Positions 59,505-64,000 of a DNA stretch of 64,000 nucleotides are shown here, one piece after another. The notes beneath the pieces were generated by a model, which worked only from the letters and a program-made list of their open reading frames with translations, did no database searches and was not told where the DNA came from. Numbering within the stretch: the first letter of the stretch is position 1; every line of letters begins with the position of its first letter. The stretch comes from an uncultured Gemmatimonadales bacterium (GTDB lineage Bacteria > Gemmatimonadota > Gemmatimonadetes > Longimicrobiales > Gaopeijiaceae), in contig CAWELD010000004.1 in assembly GCA_963809895.1 (NCBI GenBank), positions 160,001-224,000 on the forward strand. The letters run 5' to 3'. The position numbers were made by a program, and so were the translations under genes.

Positions 59505-60740
59505 TCACCCGCCGGGCCGGCCATCGGCTCTCTTCAGGTCGTACAGCTCCACCGTCTGCTCGCCCAGCGCGTCGTGTCCGAGACCCAGCATCCAGTCGCG
59601 GCCGACATCGGTGAGGTAGAGAGAGGCAGGGACGTTCACGGAGCCGACCACGGTTCCCACGCTGTCGTAGACCATCCAGCGCTGCAACTCCTCACCCGGA
59701 GCACGATACTCCTCGACCCACAGATAGCCGAGGCGATCCGCGAGCAGCCGCTCGTAGGCCGGCATGGTCTCGGGCCAGGGGGCGTCGTCGAGGCTGCGGC
59801 GCAGCCGTGGGCGGGCCTCCTCGGACGCCCGCTCGGTGGCGGCCTCGACCGCGGTCCGGATGTCGGCGTCCGTGACGGGACGGGGGGGGCGTGCCACCCG
59901 GAGGATGCGCACCAGCGCTCCTTCCGAATCGTAGGTGCGGACTTCGTAGCTGTGGGCTTCTCCTGCGTGGAAGGCGGTGGCGCCCACCGCGTACGCCGGC
60001 TCGGCAGACAGCGGAACGCGGGTGAAGCTCATCCCCTGATCCGTGATCTGGAAGTAGAGGGGACGATCCGGCAGCGTGTCCACGGCCGGCTCCAGGGTGC
60101 CTTCGGGACTCACGAGCCGGAGCGGCATGGCCGGAGCCATCAGGGTGCCACTCGCCGGATCGCCCAGCGAGCCGGCCGGGCCGCTGATCACGGCCCAGCC
60201 CGAGGCGAGCATCCCCCGCGCCGTCAGGGAGGGGCGTCCGTCCGGCGCGTACGAGCGCACCACCGTGCGCTCGGGTCCCACCATCGAGAAGCGGGCGCTG
60301 CGGGCATCGTAGAGGAGGATGGAATCCCCGGGCAGCATGCCCAGCAGGGTGAGCGACTGGAATTCGCCCGGGCCCTGACCGCTTCGGCCCACGGACCCCG
60401 CGAACTCCCCCTCGGTGTCGAAGAACCGCAGCTCACCGGTTCCCGAGTTCGCCACCGCGATCCCACCGTCGGGGGTGCGCACCGCCCTGGTGGCCTGATA
60501 GAACTCCTGCATCTCGTCGCCTGAAGCAGAACCGAGAACGACGATCGGGTCGGGGCTCACGCGCCACCCCGAGGGCAGCTCCGGCGGAAGCGGGCCGTAG
60601 TCGACGAGCATGATTCCGGCGCTGTCCCGCACCGCCGGTCGCCGATCGATCGCCCCGCCTTCGGTGCCGCTGCCACACGCGATCATCGCGAGCGTCAGCA
60701 GAGCGCTCGACGGCCCTCGCATTCCCGACCCTCTCCCCAT
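59505..60740 (-). CDS. 6-bladed beta-propeller-like lipoprotein
   Basis: IAC lipobox, VRDSAGI, GRSGQGPGEF, DRLGYLWV. Confidence 0.75.
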   Translation of the reverse strand: MGRGSGMRGPSSALLTLAMIACGSGTEGGAIDRRPAVRDSAGIMLVDYGPLPPELPSGWRVSPDPIVVLGSASGDEMQEFYQATRAVRTPDGGIAVANSGTGELRFFDTEGEFAGSVGRSGQGPGEFQSLTLLGMLPGDSILLYDARSARFSMVGPERTVVRSYAPDGRPSLTARGMLASGWAVISGPAGSLGDPASGTLMAPAMPLRLVSPEGTLEPAVDTLPDRPLYFQITDQGMSFTRVPLSAEPAYAVGATAFHAGEAHSYEVRTYDSEGALVRILRVARPPRPVTDADIRTAVEAATERASEEARPRLRRSLDDAPWPETMPAYERLLADRLGYLWVEEYRAPGEELQRWMVYDSVGTVVGSVNVPASLYLTDVGRDWMLGLGHDALGEQTVELYDLKRADGRPGG

Positions 60741-61026
60741 GCTGCCTCCACGATGTGTTCTACGCACGTCGAAGCAAGAAAGCGACATCGAGCGCCCCGA
60801 GCAACCGCGGCCAGCGTGCGACCGGCGTTTCACGAAACGGTGCCAGAAGTCGAAACATGTTCCACGGAACGATCATCGTCACCGAAGCCCGACGCTCCGA
60901 TTCTACAAGATGCATGGCTGCAACCACTTGGGCCCACCGCTCCCGTTACCGCCGATCCGGCACGCGCCGTGCTTCGAGAGAACGGAAGCGAACGCGATAC
61001 CACCCCCCATACGCGGAGAACCTGTC

Positions 61027-61290
61027 ATGAAGAAGCCGATGATGCTCATACTTGCCTTGGCGCTGGCGGCCTGCGGCGGACAACAGAACGACGAAGGCAT
61101 GAACGATTCCGACATGATGGCCGACAGCACCCAGATGGAGCAGATGGACGAGATGGCTCCCGACTCCGGCATGATGATGGAGGACACTGCGAACATGGGC
61201 GCGGATACCATGGACGCCGGTAGCATGGACGAGGGCTCGATGGACGAAGGCGGGATGGACGACGACGGCTCGGACATGGGGAATCGGTGA
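61027..61290 (+). CDS. Acidic methionine-rich lipoprotein with pentapeptide repeats
   Basis: MKKPMMLILALALAAC; 15 Met in 72 mature residues; MGADT-MDAGS-MDEGS-MDEGG-MDDDG; GGAG RBS. Confidence 0.8.
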   Translation: MKKPMMLILALALAACGGQQNDEGMNDSDMMADSTQMEQMDEMAPDSGMMMEDTANMGADTMDAGSMDEGSMDEGGMDDDGSDMGNR

Positions 61291-61946
61291 AGAAACGCCA
61301 CCACTGGATCGTCCGCGTCACGCACTGGAGCGTGGCGATCCTGCTCTTCGGGATGATCGGCAGCGGGCTGCAGATCTACCGGGCCTATCCCCGCTTCGGG
61401 AACCGTGGAGGCCCCTACCTCCCGCAGCCGTTCCAGGACGTGGTCTTTCCGGGGTGGGCGCGCCTGGGTGGCTGGCTCGCGGGCGGCATCAACTGGCACT
61501 TCTTCCTGATGTGGCCGCTGATGCTCGCGGGCCTGACCTACCTGCTCTACATGGCCCTGTCGGGCGAGTGGAAGAAGCTCGTCTTCCGCCCCCGCGACGT
61601 GAAGCCCGCGGTGGAGATGCAGAAATACTATCTGCGACTCCGTAAGGACCATCCGCCACAGGGCAAGCACAACGCCCTGCAGAAGTTGGCGTATACGTTC
61701 ATCATCCTCCTGGGCATGCTGTCGGTCGCCACCGGATGGGCCGTTTACAAACCCGTCCAGTTGCACTGGCTCACGGCGTTGTTCGGGGGATTCCAGGCGG
61801 CCCGCTACTGGCACTTCTGGGCGGTATGGCTGTTCGTGGGATTCACCGTGGTCCACGTGGCGCTGGTGTTCCTGGCCGATCCGGCCTCGCTGCGCGCCAT
61901 GATCACCGGCAGCTACCGGGGGAGGTATACGAGCGATGAGCCGTAA
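61287..61946 (+). CDS. Di-haem cytochrome b (Ni-hydrogenase cyt b/PhsC-like) membrane subunit
   Basis: RVTHW, NWHF, GKHNALQKLAY, ARYWHF, VVHV; GTGA overlap. Confidence 0.88.
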   Translation: MKKRHHWIVRVTHWSVAILLFGMIGSGLQIYRAYPRFGNRGGPYLPQPFQDVVFPGWARLGGWLAGGINWHFFLMWPLMLAGLTYLLYMALSGEWKKLVFRPRDVKPAVEMQKYYLRLRKDHPPQGKHNALQKLAYTFIILLGMLSVATGWAVYKPVQLHWLTALFGGFQAARYWHFWAVWLFVGFTVVHVALVFLADPASLRAMITGSYRGRYTSDEP

Positions 61947-62634
61947 TCCGGGCCGGCGGGCCTTCCTGGCCAGCGGTCTCGCCACGCTGCTGGCGGCGTG
62001 CGGGTGGGACGGCGGTACCCTCCTGCGCCCCCGTCTCAAGCGGTTTTCCCGCGTCAACGACTGGCTGAGCCGAGCCCTCTTTTCCGACACGCGCCTGGCA
62101 CCGAAGTACGATCCCTCGGAGCGTTCCAGCAGCTTTCCGGCGTATCACATCAGCCGCATGACACCGACGCTCGACGATCCCGCGGGATGGCGCCTGCAGG
62201 TGGGGGGCATGGTGGATCGACCCCTCGAGCTCTCGCTGGACGACCTCAGAGGCCAGCCGCCGCTGACGTACACGGTCAAGCACCACTGCGTCGAGGGATG
62301 GTCGGCCATCGCGACCTGGACCGGCGTGCCGCTGCGCACCGTGGCCGACATGGCCGGGGTGCAGCCCGGCGCGGCCTACGTTCGCTTCGACTCCTTCGAC
62401 CAGGGCTACTACAACGGCTGGGACCTGGAGTCGGCGCTCCATCCCGAGACCATCCTGGCCTACCGCTTCAACGATGCCGATCTCATGCCGGATCACGGCG
62501 CGCCGCTGCGGCTGTACGCCCCGCACAAGCTGGGCTACAAGCTCACGAAGTATCTGACGCGCATCACCTTCACCGACGAGCGCCCGGGGGGCTACTGGGA
62601 GGACCAGGGCTACCCGTGGTACGGGGGCGTATGA
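61936..62634 (+). CDS. Sulfite-oxidase-family molybdopterin oxidoreductase (MsrP/YedY-like), Tat lipoprotein
   Basis: GRRAFL...LAAC; HHCVEGWS (Mo-ligand Cys), WTGVPL, HGAPLRL, KLGYKLTK, GGYWEDQGY. Confidence 0.88.
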   Translation: MSRNPGRRAFLASGLATLLAACGWDGGTLLRPRLKRFSRVNDWLSRALFSDTRLAPKYDPSERSSSFPAYHISRMTPTLDDPAGWRLQVGGMVDRPLELSLDDLRGQPPLTYTVKHHCVEGWSAIATWTGVPLRTVADMAGVQPGAAYVRFDSFDQGYYNGWDLESALHPETILAYRFNDADLMPDHGAPLRLYAPHKLGYKLTKYLTRITFTDERPGGYWEDQGYPWYGGV

Positions 62635-62924
62635 AGCCGCGGCCGAGGAACCTCGGAGATCGCATATCCGAACGCGGCGTCGGGAACCTCCCCGCGCCGA
62701 GGATATTCGCGCTCGCCCTGTCGGCCATCCTCGCCGTCGCCCCCGCGGGCTGCGACCACGAGCAGGACATGCCGGAGCGCATGGAGATGCCCGACACGAT
62801 GCCCGTGATGCGGGCGCTCGAGAACCCCTCGGCGCGGGATTCCATGTTGGACAGCATGCCTGGAGGCGAGATGGTGCGCGGTGATTCGGCCGCCGCCATG
62901 AGGCTGCTGAAGAAGAAGATGTAG
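62631..62924 (+). CDS. Second small Met-rich putative lipoprotein
   Basis: ATGA overlap; hydrophobic stretch then PAGC; 10 Met in 57 residues from the Cys. Confidence 0.62.
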   Translation: MKPRPRNLGDRISERGVGNLPAPRIFALALSAILAVAPAGCDHEQDMPERMEMPDTMPVMRALENPSARDSMLDSMPGGEMVRGDSAAAMRLLKKKM

Positions 62925-62932
62925 TCCGCCGC

Positions 62933-63388
62933 TCAGCGCCGAATCAGCACAACGCGGATCGTCATGTCGCCGAAGGTCTCCTCACCCTCGAGGCGATCTC
63001 CGTCGGACGCGAAAGGCATGTCACGGAGAAAGGTGTCCGCGTCGTGCGCCAGCGTCACCACACCGTCCTCGACGCTCCACGTCCCGGTGAGATCCTCATC
63101 CATGTCACCGCCGTCCTCATCGCCCCCGGGCACGAACAGCCGTCCCCCGGTCGTACCGTCGTCGGCCAGTTCGAGGACGATGGAAGCGCCTTGGGCGAGC
63201 CAGTCCGTCTCGTCGTCGCCGTCAGCCGTGCTCGTGGTGAACGTGATGGCGCCGAAGGGCCCTTCGGCGGTGTAGGAGCCGGCCAGGACGGTCAGGGGCG
63301 GACCCGTGACGTCATCGGCTCGACACGCGAGCAGCGCGGACAGGGTGGTCAGACAGAGTAGGGCGGATGCAGTGGTCCAACGTCGCAT
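62933..63388 (-). CDS. Lipoprotein, hypothetical (lipocalin-like beta fold possible)
   Basis: LLAC lipobox, LAGSY, LTGTWSV; GAGGAG RBS. Confidence 0.7.
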   Translation of the reverse strand: MRRWTTASALLCLTTLSALLACRADDVTGPPLTVLAGSYTAEGPFGAITFTTSTADGDDETDWLAQGASIVLELADDGTTGGRLFVPGGDEDGGDMDEDLTGTWSVEDGVVTLAHDADTFLRDMPFASDGDRLEGEETFGDMTIRVVLIRR

Positions 63389-63562
63389 GATCCTCTCCTC
63401 GATGACTGGTATGTTCACTTGGCGGTCGGCCTTTCGTCCGCCGTCGTTCGTGCAATGTCTCGTCGTCCACTCTTCTGACGGCCGCCGACGGGTTGTCAGA
63501 AACGGTGCGGCTGGTCCATTCCGCTGGTGAGCACACCAGGACTCGCACCTGCCAGGACTCGC

Positions 63563-64000
63563 ATGCGATACGTGTCGACTCTGCTGATTGCCATCCACGT
63601 CGGCGTGGCTGGCGTGGTGGCGCCCGCCAGGGCGCAGGAGGGCGGGCGCACGCCCCTGACCGGCGTCGTGATGGACGCCACTGACGGCTCGCCGCTGGCC
63701 GACGCGCAGGTCACCCTCATGCGGACCTCCCCTCCTCCCGTCGTGGACTCGGTCGTGCAGCGCATCGTCACGGACGCGCGCGGGACGTACCGCTTCGAAC
63801 GGGTCCGTCCGGGTCGCTATCTGGTGCGCGTGGAACGGCTCGGGTATCGGACGGTGACCCTTCGCGTCGGCGGATCGAGCCGGGGATGGCCGGAGCTTTC
63901 CGTGGGCCTGCAGATCGAACCCATCAGCCTCGAACCCGTGACGGTGGTGGGGAAGGGCGAGGTGGAAATCGTGGACCGCGAGGGTGGAGTGAGCACCCTG
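63563..64000 (+). CDS. Partial carboxypeptidase-regulatory-like domain protein, probably the N-terminus of a TonB-dependent receptor
   Basis: Manual translation MRYVSTLLIAIHVGVAGVVAPARAQ...LTGVVMDATDGSPLADAQV...TDARGTYRF..VRPGRYLVRVERLGY..LEPVTV; open to the window end. Confidence 0.75.
   Translation, partial: MRYVSTLLIAIHVGVAGVVAPARAQEGGRTPLTGVVMDATDGSPLADAQVTLMRTSPPPVVDSVVQRIVTDARGTYRFERVRPGRYLVRVERLGYRTVTLRVGGSSRGWPELSVGLQIEPISLEPVTVVGKGEVEIVDREGGVSTL

Noticed and set aside
60826..60870. Canonical parS sites
   Set aside because: Both lack two central bases of the 16-bp consensus; retained only as a possible operator
63411..63500. LytTR-like TTCGT repeats and TTCTGAC/GTCAGAA hairpin between divergent genes
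   Set aside because: Repeats are degenerate with irregular spacing; not distinguishable from chance
1..64000. rRNA, tRNA, prophage, IS or defence-system genes
   Set aside because: No recognisable sequences or motifs found by eye; small RNAs could still be missed without covariance searches

Overview
GC-rich (about 70% by eye) bacterial chromosomal window. Its gene content (SusC/SusD pair, PadR + duplicated orphan ABC permeases, kinase-TPR protein, carboxypeptidase-regulatory-like/plug proteins, M6 protease) suggests Gemmatimonadota; this is an inference. It holds about 52 CDS, mostly cell-envelope functions, and I found no rRNA, tRNA, CRISPR array, transposase or integrase. Highlights: (1) seven ADOP-type MacB/FtsX permeases with no cognate ATPase, where only the four PadR-coupled ones carry an N-terminal prefix and prefix type, PadR type and operator type co-vary; (2) two copies of a ~155-190 bp symmetric non-coding element, each with two GATTCAACTCGCT(G/C)AGCGAGTC palindromes, one copy lying between a 57-bp direct duplication; (3) an operon of Met-rich lipoprotein, cytochrome b, Tat Mo-oxidoreductase and a second Met-rich lipoprotein, resembling a methionine-based oxidant-scavenging system; (4) three AlgR-like LytTR direct repeats upstream of susCD, with a LytS/LytTR pair just downstream. 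About 13 single-base frameshifts are probably long-read assembly errors. All family calls come from motif recognition by eye, not database searches.
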